From a virus (taxonomy: Duplodnaviria; Heunggongvirae; Uroviricota; Caudoviricetes): a stretch of DNA of 41,660 bases. The stretch spans positions 1-41,660 of IMG/VR virus record IMGVR_UViG_2778261202_000006; one strand, 5' to 3'. Positions 1 to 10,749 of this stretch are shown one piece after another. Below the pieces are notes generated by a model, which was not told the DNA's origin, searched no databases, and worked only from the letters and a program-made list of their open reading frames with translations. Both the position numbers and the translations under genes were made by a program. How positions within the stretch are numbered: the stretch's first letter is position 1; every line of letters starts with the position of its first letter.

Positions 1-1158
1 ATGCTCACCGTTAAGCAGATTGAAGCAGCAAAGCCGAAAGAAAAACCATACCGCCTACTCGATGGTAATGGCCTGTATCTTTATGTCCCTGTATCAGGGA
101 AAAAGGTATGGCAGCTTCGCTACAAGATTGACGGTAAGGAGAAAATCCTGACCGTCGGAAAATATCCGCTTATGACTTTGCAGGAAGCAAGGGATAAGGC
201 ATGGACTGCGAGGAAAGACATCTCGGTTGGCATCGATCCGGTAAAGGCGAAAAAGGCTTCGTCTAACAACAATTCATTTAGTGCGATTTACAAGGAATGG
301 CACGAGCACAAGAAGCAAGTCTGGTCTGTAGGGTATGCGACTGAACTTGCAAAAATGTTTGATGACGACATTTTACCTATCATCGGCGGCCTTGAAATTC
401 AGGATATTGAGCCGATGCAACTGCTGGAAGTAATCCGCAGATTTGAAGATCGCGGTGCAATGGAGCGAGCCAACAAAGCCCGCAGAAGATGCGGCGAGGT
501 TTTCCGTTACGCTATTGTCACCGGAAGGGCTAAATATAACCCGGCACCTGACCTTGCAGATGCCATGAAAGGATACCGCAAGAAGAACTTCCCGTTTCTT
601 CCTGCAGACCAGATCCCGGCATTCAACAAAGCACTAGCAACATTTTCAGGAAGTATCGTATCGCTTATTGCGACTAAAGTTTTACGCTACACAGCCCTCA
701 GAACAAAAGAGCTTCGTTCCATGCTATGGAAGAACGTCGATTTTGAAAACAGGATTATCACCATCGACGCCAGTGTGATGAAGGGCCGCAAGATTCATGT
801 TGTTCCTATGTCAGACCAGGTGGTTGAACTTCTCACTGCGCTAAGCTCCATCACTAAACCAGTATCAGAGTTTGTTTTTGCCGGGCGCAACGATAAGAAG
901 AAGCCAATCTGCGAGAACGCGGTATTGCTTGTGATCAAACAAATCGGCTATGAGGGTCTGGAAAGCGGTCACGGATTCAGGCATGAATTCAGCACGATTA
1001 TGAACGAGCACGAATGGCCTGCTGACGCTATTGAAGTGCAACTTGCACATGCCAACGGCGGATCTGTGCGCGGAATTTACAACCATGCTCAGTATCTCGA
1101 TAAACGCAGAGAAATGATGCAATGGTGGGCGGACTGGATTGATGAAAAGGTGGAGTGA
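1..1158 (+). CDS. intS: Tyrosine integrase, P4-type (DUF4102-like N-terminal arm-binding region plus C-terminal catalytic domain)
   Basis: 385-aa ORF; N-terminus LTVKQIEAAKPKEKPYRLLDGNGLYL typical of P4-family integrases; C-terminal H..R..H..Y-type region (HGFRHEF, HANGG..RGIYNH); sits at prophage end. Confidence 0.85.
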   Translation: MLTVKQIEAAKPKEKPYRLLDGNGLYLYVPVSGKKVWQLRYKIDGKEKILTVGKYPLMTLQEARDKAWTARKDISVGIDPVKAKKASSNNNSFSAIYKEWHEHKKQVWSVGYATELAKMFDDDILPIIGGLEIQDIEPMQLLEVIRRFEDRGAMERANKARRRCGEVFRYAIVTGRAKYNPAPDLADAMKGYRKKNFPFLPADQIPAFNKALATFSGSIVSLIATKVLRYTALRTKELRSMLWKNVDFENRIITIDASVMKGRKIHVVPMSDQVVELLTALSSITKPVSEFVFAGRNDKKKPICENAVLLVIKQIGYEGLESGHGFRHEFSTIMNEHEWPADAIEVQLAHANGGSVRGIYNHAQYLDKRREMMQWWADWIDEKVE

Positions 1159-1389
1159 TCCACCTTAACCATTATCGAAGAGCACAAAGCCTTGCAATCC
1201 AGTGCAAAGATTTGTGTGACACTATTTTTTGTTAAAGGCTATCTACAGATAACCATAACTTTGATTTGTGGTATGGTAGTATATGATCACCACAAACACT
1301 GCTTCGTTTGTCGATCGAAAAAAATTTTAATGCTAGAATTCGATTGCGAAACCATTAATAATTTTTATTAGATTTAGGTAACAAAAATA

Positions 1390-2421
1390 ATGCGCAATAT
1401 TTCTATGGATTTGTTAAGGGTAATGTGCTGCATGTTTGTAGTAGCTATACATGTTACTCCTGATTACGGCAATACTGTAATAAATGGATATCCTCTTGCA
1501 ATACAAACATGGTCTTTAGTAATTCAATCGATTGTAAGATCTGGCCTGCCAATTTTTTTCATATTAAGTGGGTATTTTCTTCTAAACAGAAAGGGTGCTG
1601 AAGGTGGTGTCAAGTACTTTAAGAGAATTGCCGCCTTATTAATACCTTTCTTAATTTATGCTTTCCCTTATTATATACTTTTCTACAACGGGACTGTTAG
1701 CTTTTATGGAGCCCGTCAATTTTTAGATTACATTTTTGAAGGTAGCACATCTTTATCCTCACATTTTTGGTTTATATATACCATGCTTGGAATATATATT
1801 TTATATCCAGCAATAAAATTTATAACAGATAGAATTAGCGATGAGAATTCATTTTCCGTTATCATTTTCATGATTTTATTAATAACTTACCAAGCGTACT
1901 CTAATCAACTAGGATTATTTATTAACGGTTTTCACAATGTAATTCCAATACAAAACTTAGATACGTGGGTTATTTATTTTATATGTGGAGGCATGATAAA
2001 AAGAATAAGCAATATAAACATTAATCTTTGGATTACAATTCCTTTGCTAGTAGTTGCAGAGATGCTTCTAGTTTATTTTAGCGTCAATAAATATGGTTTT
2101 AACACTTACCCTTATGATACCAATCCTGTTATGCTTGCACTCACCCTATCAATTACATATGCATTTACCAAGCTGCATAATATTAACATCAAATTATCAA
2201 AATTAACACAGTTCACTTCTAGTTATACCTATGGGTTATTTCTCATACATATACTTGTGTTAATTAAAACAAGGGATTTTATATCACCATATTTTGATTA
2301 CCAATACAGCATTTCAATGACAGCGATGCTTTTTGCATTGACATTTTTTATTAGTTTAACAATTGCTATAATTGTGGACAATGTTTTTATAAAGCCTATC
2401 TTTAATTTACTAAAGCTTTAG
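1390..2421 (+). CDS. Integral-membrane acyltransferase (acyltransferase-3 family; O-antigen acetyltransferase-like, serotype conversion)
   Basis: 343-aa very hydrophobic ORF with N-terminal DLLRvmccmFVVaiHv motif typical of acyltransferase_3; markedly AT-rich relative to surrounding phage DNA; located between integrase and tailspike as in Sf6-type phages. Confidence 0.7.
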   Translation: MRNISMDLLRVMCCMFVVAIHVTPDYGNTVINGYPLAIQTWSLVIQSIVRSGLPIFFILSGYFLLNRKGAEGGVKYFKRIAALLIPFLIYAFPYYILFYNGTVSFYGARQFLDYIFEGSTSLSSHFWFIYTMLGIYILYPAIKFITDRISDENSFSVIIFMILLITYQAYSNQLGLFINGFHNVIPIQNLDTWVIYFICGGMIKRISNININLWITIPLLVVAEMLLVYFSVNKYGFNTYPYDTNPVMLALTLSITYAFTKLHNINIKLSKLTQFTSSYTYGLFLIHILVLIKTRDFISPYFDYQYSISMTAMLFALTFFISLTIAIIVDNVFIKPIFNLLKL

Positions 2422-2458
2422 TTTTAATTGCGCCATATATATGGCGCAATTATCATTA

Positions 2459-4321
2459 TCAAAAATCATTTCCCTCCCATGAGCATGCTGTTATCGAACA
2501 CGATAAGAACTTAAAAAAATAAGCGCTGGTTGTTGTTGGTGCTATTTTTAGTCCCAAAGCTATATTTTTAGCTGTTTCTAAACAAACTGATATTCCAGAA
2601 TTGTTATTTAGCGTATAAGAACGCATGGGTGTTAATGTGTAATAATCATCAGTTGTATAGAATATTTCCACAGTAGTGCTTGAGTCAGTGGCATGATCTC
2701 TATACCCAATTGAAATGGCAATACTATTCATTGTTTCTATATCAAGTGCAGCATTCCCACCACTATTTCTGAATGCCAGCCCTGAATCTGAGAATGCTTG
2801 ATGCCTTTCATCTGTTGGTGTTCCGGTATTCAATACCGCCCATGGCCTCACATCATCTGATGTATATGTCTGATTCAGATTCCTGATAAGTCCGCCGACA
2901 CCAAGTCCTGGCCCCCACAGATAGTATTTGTACTGATAAGATTCTTGCTCAAAAATATTATTGAAAACTCTTGCTTGTTTATAGAAATCATTATCTGTAA
3001 TTATATCAAGGTGCGTTGGATCTGCTACTGATGACTCCCAAGAAAAACTTGCATACGATCCATCACCAAAGCGGAAAAAACTTTTAGAAAATGAAATTTG
3101 CTTTTCTTTATTCGAAAAAACATCTCCAGTAAAAAGACCAACAGCAGGAATCAGCTTTGCATGTGAGGATTTATACTTTAACTCACCAAAAGAAATAATA
3201 GCATTCTTTTTATTGTCAACATCAGATACTGTCCCAATGTAGTAATAATCGACAAAAATAATATCATAATGTTTTGAGATGGTATCATTACCATATCCCC
3301 AATCGCCGTTATCAGCAATACAAAGTGACTTCCCTGTAACAGCTCTCCATGCATTGATTCTGGCATCTTGTTCCGCAACTGAAACCCCCTGATGCTGGGG
3401 TTCATCAAATAAATAATAACCTATTACACAGTCCCTTCTTCCTAAAGACACAATATCAGGTGGTGGCGTATCATTAGGGCTATTGATTATGACATTAATT
3501 CCAACAGCTTCAGCAGCATTGCATGCTTTCTCAAATGTTCCACCATCCGTAAAATTGTATCCATAATGAATAATCGTATTGAAACCAGCGGTCTTAAGCT
3601 GAAGCATATCACATATATCGAAAACACCATGAACCCATGTAGCCTTCATTTTTGAATGATTCACAGGAGTGTAACTATCAAGATTACACGGGACTGAAGG
3701 CCTACGGGTATAAGTAATGGTACTCTTCCCTTCTATCTTGGCACCATTAGGCCAGTCGAAGCGAGACAGAGTTATATTACCGCTAATATAAGCCTTTCCT
3801 GTTCGTTTAATTGCCTCAAGTATCGACTGTTTTGCATCAATGCCGGGGTTTGAATAATCATATCCAAAAAGGGCTATATCAGATTCATTATAAATCTGAT
3901 TATCAATATTTTCTTGTACTGTTTTACCATTACTTGAGCCAATAAGTGATGCCCCTGACGAAGTGGAAATCTCTTGTCTTAACTGATCTGGATCGTACTT
4001 CAATACATTAGGAAAATTGAACTGCAGAGAACCATACGCATCATAAACAGCCATAGAATGGCCTTGCACAGTTACGAATTTGGCAATCTGTCCGTTATAT
4101 ACAGGGTAACCAGCGGCGTTAATGATGATTGGTTGCGAAACAGGAACGTGAGATCCATCTTCGTTCTCTACATAAACCTGAATCTGGTTTTCAGGATTTA
4201 CAGGGTCAGTGTCAATTTTACCAATATAAATTTTGCCATTGGCTACGGCTTTAAAAGAACGAGCCATAGTGAAGAGTTGCGAAGGCATGCTTACCACAAC
4301 ATTTGCGGTGATATCTGACAT
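2459..4321 (-). CDS. gp9: Tailspike protein (P22 gp9-type N-terminal head-binding domain, divergent receptor-binding/enzymatic domain)
   Basis: From internal ATG at 4321 the protein begins [43 protein letters not shown], matching the P22 tailspike N-terminus; GGAG SD 9 nt upstream; six-frame ORF extends 16 codons further upstream to 4369. Confidence 0.9.
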   Translation of the reverse strand: MSDITANVVVSMPSQLFTMARSFKAVANGKIYIGKIDTDPVNPENQIQVYVENEDGSHVPVSQPIIINAAGYPVYNGQIAKFVTVQGHSMAVYDAYGSLQFNFPNVLKYDPDQLRQEISTSSGASLIGSSNGKTVQENIDNQIYNESDIALFGYDYSNPGIDAKQSILEAIKRTGKAYISGNITLSRFDWPNGAKIEGKSTITYTRRPSVPCNLDSYTPVNHSKMKATWVHGVFDICDMLQLKTAGFNTIIHYGYNFTDGGTFEKACNAAEAVGINVIINSPNDTPPPDIVSLGRRDCVIGYYLFDEPQHQGVSVAEQDARINAWRAVTGKSLCIADNGDWGYGNDTISKHYDIIFVDYYYIGTVSDVDNKKNAIISFGELKYKSSHAKLIPAVGLFTGDVFSNKEKQISFSKSFFRFGDGSYASFSWESSVADPTHLDIITDNDFYKQARVFNNIFEQESYQYKYYLWGPGLGVGGLIRNLNQTYTSDDVRPWAVLNTGTPTDERHQAFSDSGLAFRNSGGNAALDIETMNSIAISIGYRDHATDSSTTVEIFYTTDDYYTLTPMRSYTLNNNSGISVCLETAKNIALGLKIAPTTTSAYFFKFLSCSITACSWEGNDF

Positions 4322-4409
4322 TTCATTACTCCAGACGAATGATATGATGCAACCATGATGTGATTGCATACCGAAATGGTACTATTGAGTATTTATCCAG
4401 TAGGTTACG

Positions 4410-4709
4410 ATGCCATTCCACCCAACTGGTGAGGCATCAAGGATGTACAGCAAATACGACGAGGCGCAGTTTCACTTGATACTTCCGCATGAACTCCACG
4501 CGAAAATTAAGCAGCGTGCGAAGATGAATAACAGATCGCTGAACTCAGAGATAATTGCAGCGATTGAAGAATCGTTGACTAAACAAAGCTCTGCATCCGT
4601 TTACATTGACGATGCAGAGCGTATGGCAGAACAACAATCTGATATGGTTAAGAAAATGGTTTTTGAAACGCTTAAGACCATGTATAGCAATAATAAAAAG
4701 GAAACATAG
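4410..4709 (+). CDS. mnt: Mnt-like ribbon-helix-helix repressor
   Basis: Similarity to P22 Mnt along its length (..NNRSLNSEIIAAIEESL.. and ..DDAERMAEQQSDMVKKMVFETLK..); alternative start at ATG 4443 would give a protein closer to Mnt length; divergent from tailspike. Confidence 0.75.
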   Translation: MPFHPTGEASRMYSKYDEAQFHLILPHELHAKIKQRAKMNNRSLNSEIIAAIEESLTKQSSASVYIDDAERMAEQQSDMVKKMVFETLKTMYSNNKKET

Positions 4710-4779
4710 AAATCTAGTTTCCGGATAAAATGGCATTGCCTTCATGATATCCTGTGAAAAACTAAGGAGAGTTAACCAT

Positions 4780-5265
4780 ATGAAAAAATCACTGTTAATT
4801 ATCCCGCTTCTGCTGGTTGGATGCGCAAAAGTAAGTGACTATCAAGCAAGTTGCGAACAACGCTATCAAAAGCTTAGCGATATGGCTAATTGCCTTGATG
4901 CCAGTGTGAAGAACGACTCACGCATGGCATCAGCACCAACACCTAAGCTGTATGTCCTTGCTGCAAAGATGCTCGGGCAAGGTGTCGATGAAGGCAAGAT
5001 AAGTGACGCACAGGCAAGACTTGAGCTTCAGAATCTTTATGTTCAATTACAAAGCCAAGAACAAGCCCAACAAATAGCACAAAGCCAAGCATTCCAGCAG
5101 GCTTTATTGAATTATCAGGCTGTAAACACAATGCAAGCGATCGAGCAAAAAGCGCGCCAGCCTGTTATAACTCAACCTTACCCAACACGCGTTGACACAT
5201 ATACAAACTGCAATTCAGGGTTTGGAAATACAGTCACATGCAACAGTAGCAGTAACATAAGATAA
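4780..5265 (+). CDS. Lipoprotein, Gln-rich, function unknown (candidate superinfection-exclusion or lysogenic-conversion factor)
   Basis: Start at ATG 4780 preceded by strong SD AAGGAGAG; signal peptide MKKSLLIIPLLLVGC with lipobox LVGC and Ala at +2; co-directional directly downstream of mnt. Confidence 0.65.
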   Translation: MKKSLLIIPLLLVGCAKVSDYQASCEQRYQKLSDMANCLDASVKNDSRMASAPTPKLYVLAAKMLGQGVDEGKISDAQARLELQNLYVQLQSQEQAQQIAQSQAFQQALLNYQAVNTMQAIEQKARQPVITQPYPTRVDTYTNCNSGFGNTVTCNSSSNIR

Positions 5266-5355
5266 CAATCAGCAAAGGTATTGCCTATGCAGAGTGGTAC
5301 GATAAACCTCGCGTTCTACATATTTGGTTTTTGCACGTTCCTGGTGTTTGAAAAG

Positions 5356-7353
5356 CTATTCTGACAACGCATCAGACTTAGCCCCCTGCGTCAGAGCGTT
5401 AATTGCCTTTTGTGCCTGCTGCATTGCTTTCTCAAAGGCTGTTGATCCGCGTGGGGTGTTTGCCATTCGGAGCATTGCATTTCTGAATGGTTCGCTCTCA
5501 TAGGCGCGAGTAAGAAGTCCGTAGCTTACCGCTGCGCCAGTTGTCGCCGGGTTCATTGCCGTCCCATACCCGATAATGAACGGGATGGTTTGCTGCCCTG
5601 TTGGTGTTGTTACTGCCGCTTTTGCTGCCTGCTGAGTGGACTGAAGGTAATTTTTCAATCCTTTCAGATAAGCAGCGTCCTGCCCCTTAAATGTGATGCC
5701 AGTCTGGTTTTGCAGGATGTTAATCTGCCGAAGGAACTGGTCAGGGGATCCGCCAGATTTCTCCATCGCCTTTCCAATGATGCCATTGCGCATTTGCGCC
5801 CTGCCAACACGACCAACTGAGTTATACAGCGTCTTAATTTCCGATTTGTTCTTGCTAAATAGCATGTTGTTGACAACTTCCGGCGTCAGGTCACCTTTCA
5901 TGAGAACATTCTTCAGCCTGGTATTCTTTAGTTTAGCCGCTTCGTCAGCGTAGACGGCATTGGCCTGCTGATATTTACGGAGAGTATCGTTGCCAAGATT
6001 CTGACCAATGGCACCATTGATATCGTCAGTCATTGCCTTGTAAACGCGCTGAATGGCAGCATCGGAACGGTTTGGTAACACTGGTCGCTCACCCTTCACG
6101 TCCATTCTGAACTGGCTGCGCAGATCGCTTAATTGCTTCAAATCCAGATTTACCGGACCATCAGGACCAGCATTGCGAACAAGCTCATCACGATAGGACT
6201 GAAGTTTTGAAATAGTCTCGTTATCAGCGACCTTGCCAAGCTTCTGCAGGTTAGATATTTCTGTATCAATCTGCTGAATTGCTCGCGCAGGCTGAATGTT
6301 TACTCCAGCCATAGCATTCTGAACCTGCTCCAGTCGATTACCGGCGGCACGACGAATTCCTGATGTTTTCGCTTTTAGGCTGTCAATAACAACCGCTGGA
6401 TCATACTCACCGAATTTATCAGCAAATCTCTGCACCAACTGGCTTCTCGCTTCCTGTTGCGTTGCTCTCATTCCGCTTGTGCCAGCCAGAGGGATATTTT
6501 CTGCTGTAGTCTGCGCCATTTTTCCGACGCGGGAAGTAGGCTGTAACAGGTCTGTGGTGTGCAGAGGAACTCCTTCACGCTCTGCAAATCTGATAGCCTG
6601 CTGCGCTTCTGGCGCAATAGCACCACGAACGCCACGATAAGCAGCACCTAATCCACGTCCGGCAGCGTTAATAGCACCGCCAGCCAACACACCAACGCCT
6701 AAATCGGTGGCGAGTGCTTCCGCATCATCTTTCGCACTATTTGCAGCAAGTGATCCAACTGCGTTTTCTGCGAGAAGTCGTGTTGCCCCATGAGCAATTC
6801 GACCAGCAAGTGTTGGTGCCTGTGTTGCCGCCCTCTCAACGCCAGCAGGAGTGAGGTAAGGCAATGCTTCAGCAAATACCCTTCCCTCTGTCGTTTGTGG
6901 AGTCAGCGCGCCTTGCTGAAGGCCAAAGTCCTGCTCTAATCCCTGCGTTGTTACTCGTGGCGCTGGTTGATATGTACCATCGCCAATGCCGAGTTTACCG
7001 CCAGCCCAAGCCGCCGCGCTTGTTACAGCATCTGCAACTGATGCAGGTATGTTTGCCACGTTCACGCCAGCCTGCACCAGTCCGCGACCAGTCTCTTTCA
7101 CTGCTTCACCAAGATCAGACATAAATCCACTTTGCTGTGGTTGTTGCTGTGCTACTGGTTGCTGTGTATCCACTGGCTGCACAGATGGCAATGGATAGGC
7201 AGCATAGAAAGCTTGCTTAGCCTGCTCTGCATTTTCTCCGGCTTGCGGGGCCACGACTTCATTGAAGTATTGCTCCTGAGCCTGCGCTTTTTGTTCTGGT
7301 GCTAACGCCTGATACTGTGGAGAGGCGATAACATCTTTCCATGCTTTAGCCAT
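5356..7353 (-). CDS. gp16: Ejection (E) protein, P22 gp16-like
   Basis: 665 aa; N-terminus [30 protein letters not shown] matches P22 gp16; position after gp20. Confidence 0.85.
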   Translation of the reverse strand: MAKAWKDVIASPQYQALAPEQKAQAQEQYFNEVVAPQAGENAEQAKQAFYAAYPLPSVQPVDTQQPVAQQQPQQSGFMSDLGEAVKETGRGLVQAGVNVANIPASVADAVTSAAAWAGGKLGIGDGTYQPAPRVTTQGLEQDFGLQQGALTPQTTEGRVFAEALPYLTPAGVERAATQAPTLAGRIAHGATRLLAENAVGSLAANSAKDDAEALATDLGVGVLAGGAINAAGRGLGAAYRGVRGAIAPEAQQAIRFAEREGVPLHTTDLLQPTSRVGKMAQTTAENIPLAGTSGMRATQQEARSQLVQRFADKFGEYDPAVVIDSLKAKTSGIRRAAGNRLEQVQNAMAGVNIQPARAIQQIDTEISNLQKLGKVADNETISKLQSYRDELVRNAGPDGPVNLDLKQLSDLRSQFRMDVKGERPVLPNRSDAAIQRVYKAMTDDINGAIGQNLGNDTLRKYQQANAVYADEAAKLKNTRLKNVLMKGDLTPEVVNNMLFSKNKSEIKTLYNSVGRVGRAQMRNGIIGKAMEKSGGSPDQFLRQINILQNQTGITFKGQDAAYLKGLKNYLQSTQQAAKAAVTTPTGQQTIPFIIGYGTAMNPATTGAAVSYGLLTRAYESEPFRNAMLRMANTPRGSTAFEKAMQQAQKAINALTQGAKSDALSE

Positions 7354-8741
7354 TAATCACCCCATAGTGAAGAAAAGTTACTGCTGGCTGCTGGTTGTGA
7401 TACCTGTGCAGGTTGAGATTGCTGCCGCTGAGATTTACCAACATTAACGTTATATTGTTGGTTGTAATTGTTGGTGTATTCCTGAATCTCACGAATCGAC
7501 TGCTGCATAGCCTCCGGGCTTGAATAGTCAACCTGCGGCATCCCCTGAAAATACATCTTCGCTTCTGCAACGGTGTTAATACCACTGGCACCCATGTCCC
7601 TTGCTGCCGCCACACCCTGATTCTGCATTCTTCCCTGAATACGTTGTGCTGAGTTATATAACTGGCGCTGCTCTTTTCCTGTTAATCGGCTGCGAACATC
7701 AGCACCAATTGCCGGGTTACCTGCGCCGCCGGTCATTCCTGTCATGAAATCGAGAGCAGAAGCATCTGCATTTGCGATCGCGTCGATATCCTTCTTCATG
7801 GCATAGTTTTGTGCTGATGCAGACGATGTTGCAGGCGCTGCGATTGAACTGGCAGGAACGCGAACCATATTCCCCTCGTTGTCGATGCCTTCGTAGAACG
7901 CATTAGCCCCAGCGCCGTGAAGTTTCCCGCCTACCGTTACAGTTCTGCCATCTGATAACTGAACTGTACGCTCATCATTCCCAGCGGTTCCTCTTGTTGA
8001 CGCTCGCTGCATTGCCAAATCCTGCCCGCGTCTCGCAGTAGAAGCAGATAAGTCCTGACCGCGCATCGTGATGTTCTGGCCTCGTGCTGTTAGCGCCTCG
8101 CCAGCCTGATTGCTGCGGATTGTCTCTGCCAGCCTGCCTCGGTCAATCTCACGACCTGCCATCTTGTCCTGAACATTGAAGTAATCAATAGGACCAAGAG
8201 CAGCCATCCCAAGGTGATCAACAAACTCACCAAATCCTGAAGGATTCTGCTGATACATCTGAGCAACGTTATTAGGGTCAACACCGACGCGCGCCAGCTC
8301 ATTGGCGTTGTTTTGCAGCCATGATTGCATTGCTTCTGGAGACGAGGCCGCAAGGCGTGCGCCAGCCGCTAAGGTGCCGATAGAATTGCGCTGGTCTTCA
8401 TCAATGAATCCCATGCCTTTACGAACGGATTCAATCTGGTCTGGATATTGAGTAGCCAACTGACGCAAAGCACCGCGATCACCAGACGCATAAGCATTAG
8501 CGTATGCCTGCTGAAATTCTTTCTGCCGCTGAGCCTGCTTTTCCTGCTGAAACACCCCCGCAATACCTGAAAGGCCTTGCAAAGCAGTCAGCCCAACATT
8601 GTTAGCGCCTGAACGCTCAATATCATTGTTCTGCCTGATAAGCTGAAGCGTATTGCCGATGTCATTTACGCTAGGAGCGTTTGAGTTGACGCCGCCAATA
8701 CCAGCCAACAATCCGCCGTTTGTTCCTTGCCAAGTAGCCAT
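7353..8741 (-). CDS. gp20: Ejection protein, P22 gp20-like
   Basis: 462 aa, synteny gp7-gp20-gp16; start overlaps gp16 stop region. Confidence 0.8.
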   Translation of the reverse strand: MATWQGTNGGLLAGIGGVNSNAPSVNDIGNTLQLIRQNNDIERSGANNVGLTALQGLSGIAGVFQQEKQAQRQKEFQQAYANAYASGDRGALRQLATQYPDQIESVRKGMGFIDEDQRNSIGTLAAGARLAASSPEAMQSWLQNNANELARVGVDPNNVAQMYQQNPSGFGEFVDHLGMAALGPIDYFNVQDKMAGREIDRGRLAETIRSNQAGEALTARGQNITMRGQDLSASTARRGQDLAMQRASTRGTAGNDERTVQLSDGRTVTVGGKLHGAGANAFYEGIDNEGNMVRVPASSIAAPATSSASAQNYAMKKDIDAIANADASALDFMTGMTGGAGNPAIGADVRSRLTGKEQRQLYNSAQRIQGRMQNQGVAAARDMGASGINTVAEAKMYFQGMPQVDYSSPEAMQQSIREIQEYTNNYNQQYNVNVGKSQRQQSQPAQVSQPAASSNFSSLWGD

Positions 8742-8750
8742 GATTACCCC

Positions 8751-9443
8751 TTAAAACAACGAGCCAAGCAATCCGATACCAGCACCAATGCCAGCGCCCC
8801 AAGGCGTTGATGTTCCCAAAAGGCTGGCAAGACCTGCACCGGCAATCGCACCAGACGTGCCGCCGCTAATTGCAGTCTGAAGACTTGATGGTTTATTGGC
8901 ATTAGCAGCGGCAAGTGCTGCGCTTTGCTGTGCAATGCTGCTCATGTTGTTGGCGTACGTCTGCCCGGCGTTTGCCTGACCTTGCAGCGCACCAAGACCA
9001 ACGTTTGCCAGATTGTTGTAATTGCTCATCTGATTTGATAACCAAGACTGACCGAGTGTCGGCGCGATCGTAGCCAGTTGATTGCTTGTGGCTGTCGAAC
9101 CAAGTCCACCCGTCGCCTCCGCAGCAGCAAGACTCTGGTAACGAGCCTGACCTGCAAGGTCTTTATACTGCTGAGAGTTGTAATACTGATTAAGTGCCTG
9201 CCCCTGACCTTCTAAACTGGAAAGGTTCTGAAGCTGGTTAACATACTGCTCCGCAAGAGGCGTGAACGGAGCAAGGTTTTTCATGATCGTCTGCCACTGC
9301 TGATTTTGCAGGTCTGCTGCATACTTCTGAGCTTCTGCGGCATACTTTGCACTTTTATCAGAACTGCCACCTTTCCCGCCTTTTTCAGGGCAATAAGGTT
9401 CCTCGCCGCGCAGTTTTCTGCCCAGCTTAAATGCATATAACAT
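8751..9443 (-). CDS. gp7: Ejection protein, P22 gp7-like
   Basis: 230 aa; Gly/Ala/Gln-rich with hydrophobic C-terminus as in P22 gp7; synteny. Confidence 0.8.
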   Translation of the reverse strand: MLYAFKLGRKLRGEEPYCPEKGGKGGSSDKSAKYAAEAQKYAADLQNQQWQTIMKNLAPFTPLAEQYVNQLQNLSSLEGQGQALNQYYNSQQYKDLAGQARYQSLAAAEATGGLGSTATSNQLATIAPTLGQSWLSNQMSNYNNLANVGLGALQGQANAGQTYANNMSSIAQQSAALAAANANKPSSLQTAISGGTSGAIAGAGLASLLGTSTPWGAGIGAGIGLLGSLF

Positions 9444-9445
9444 GG

Positions 9446-9904
9446 CTATCTCCCGTGATTCAGGAAGTCGATTAGTTCTTCGCGTGTGGCGCTGTAAAAT
9501 GTCACGTCATCCACGCCTTTGAAGTATTTCTTGATGGTTCCTACACGCTTAAGGCCAATCATTGCGCAGTACATCTGACCGTGGCGGAATTTGCGCGCAG
9601 CGAACGATGTGACGCACTGAACGGTGGTGTTAGTAAGAATGTATCGCCAGAACGCCAGCCCGATTTCCTTGCTGAATCCACGAACCTCTGGCAGGTACAT
9701 GGCGTGGCAATCAAAGGTCAAAGGCTGAATCTCCTGATAGTAAACAATGCCGCCGAACTGCCCGTGCACGTTCACCTCGAAGTAACGGCATTCAGGCTTG
9801 TAGTCGTATCCATCACCGTTGTTGCTCCCGGCGATAATGTCGGGGTGATTTCCAACGGCTTCTATCAGGTCGATGTTTCGCGTTGGTTTGAACTGAATCA
9901 TCAC
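9446..9904 (-). CDS. gp14: gp14-like virion assembly/DNA-stabilisation protein
   Basis: 152 aa ORF at the position of P22 gene 14 between tail needle and gp7. Confidence 0.6.
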   Translation of the reverse strand: MMIQFKPTRNIDLIEAVGNHPDIIAGSNNGDGYDYKPECRYFEVNVHGQFGGIVYYQEIQPLTFDCHAMYLPEVRGFSKEIGLAFWRYILTNTTVQCVTSFAARKFRHGQMYCAMIGLKRVGTIKKYFKGVDDVTFYSATREELIDFLNHGR

Positions 9905-10749
9905 TGCTCCGCGATTATCTTGATGGTTGTGGCAGTAAACGCCGCACCATTCGACTGAATGGTTAACGTACTGCCATTTGTGGCAAGAAATCCGTCTTTA
10001 TCCACGCTGAAGAATGTAGCTAACAGGATGTTGTCGATTGTTGTCGCCGCATTACGACTGCTGACCAGCGTATCAGGAACAGAGCCGGAAAAGGTTAGCT
10101 GCATTGACCTGTTGGCGGTTCCGCTGGGCCACGTCCCGACGATCGACAGCTTGAAGAACAAGGTTTTGTTCTCGTTGAACACAACCATCTTGTTGTTAAC
10201 AGTGTCAAAGAATGGTGCCAACGTCCCGGATGACGGCGTGAGCGTTTTCAGCAGGCTAACAAGGTTGGTCGGCGCTGTCGGGATGGTTACAGATACACCA
10301 GAGTAAACAACCTCTGACTTCTTGCGTGTGGTTGCATACTCCAGAGCATCAATGCGCGTTTCATGGTCTGAAACCTGCGACTCCAGCGACTGAACTCTGG
10401 TATCAAGCGACGCAATATCGCTTTCATTCTGAGCGATTCGCGTTTCATGTTCCTGAAGAGTTGATTCTGCCTGGCTGATTCGCTCCTCATGATTAACAAG
10501 CGTTGCTTCCGCAGCAGAAATTCGCTGCTCATGGTCAGCGAGAATCACATCCTGCTCATCGTTCCTGACTTGTGCGTCATAAGCGCCCTGTCCGGCCTCG
10601 TTGGCCTTGTTAGCCACGTTACCAACATCAGTACCCTGTGCGATAACGTAAAGCAGATACGACTGCGAGAAGATATTGCGTGGAAGAACTGATGTATCGA
10701 GCCGCGTAGCTTGGATGATTACCGGCACATTGAGATTCGAATCCGCCAT
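9901..10749 (-). CDS. gp26: Tail needle protein (P22 gp26-like with C-terminal knob extension)
   Basis: 282 aa; N-terminal coiled-coil heptad region (..[51 protein letters not shown]..) typical of gp26; longer than P22, as in Sf6/HK620-type needles. Confidence 0.8.
   Translation of the reverse strand: MADSNLNVPVIIQATRLDTSVLPRNIFSQSYLLYVIAQGTDVGNVANKANEAGQGAYDAQVRNDEQDVILADHEQRISAAEATLVNHEERISQAESTLQEHETRIAQNESDIASLDTRVQSLESQVSDHETRIDALEYATTRKKSEVVYSGVSVTIPTAPTNLVSLLKTLTPSSGTLAPFFDTVNNKMVVFNENKTLFFKLSIVGTWPSGTANRSMQLTFSGSVPDTLVSSRNAATTIDNILLATFFSVDKDGFLATNGSTLTIQSNGAAFTATTIKIIAEQ

Noticed and set aside
865-1122. Minus-strand ORF inside the integrase gene
   Set aside because: Antisense to a clear integrase ORF; no independent evidence.
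3178-4318. ORFs 3178..3408 (minus, alternate frame) and 4058..4318 (plus) inside the tailspike gene
   Set aside because: Overlap the tailspike coding region; no start context.
4990-5160. Gln/Ala-rich repetitive stretch in the lipoprotein gene as a possible DNA tandem repeat
   Set aside because: The repetition is at the amino-acid composition level within a coding region, not a regular nucleotide tandem repeat.
5590-7198. Plus-strand ORFs 5590..5820, 5693..5953, 6864..7124, 6986..7198 and minus-strand 5664..5876 inside the gp16 gene
   Set aside because: They overlap a well-supported P22-like ejection protein gene in other frames; no SD or recognisable product; typical shadow ORFs.
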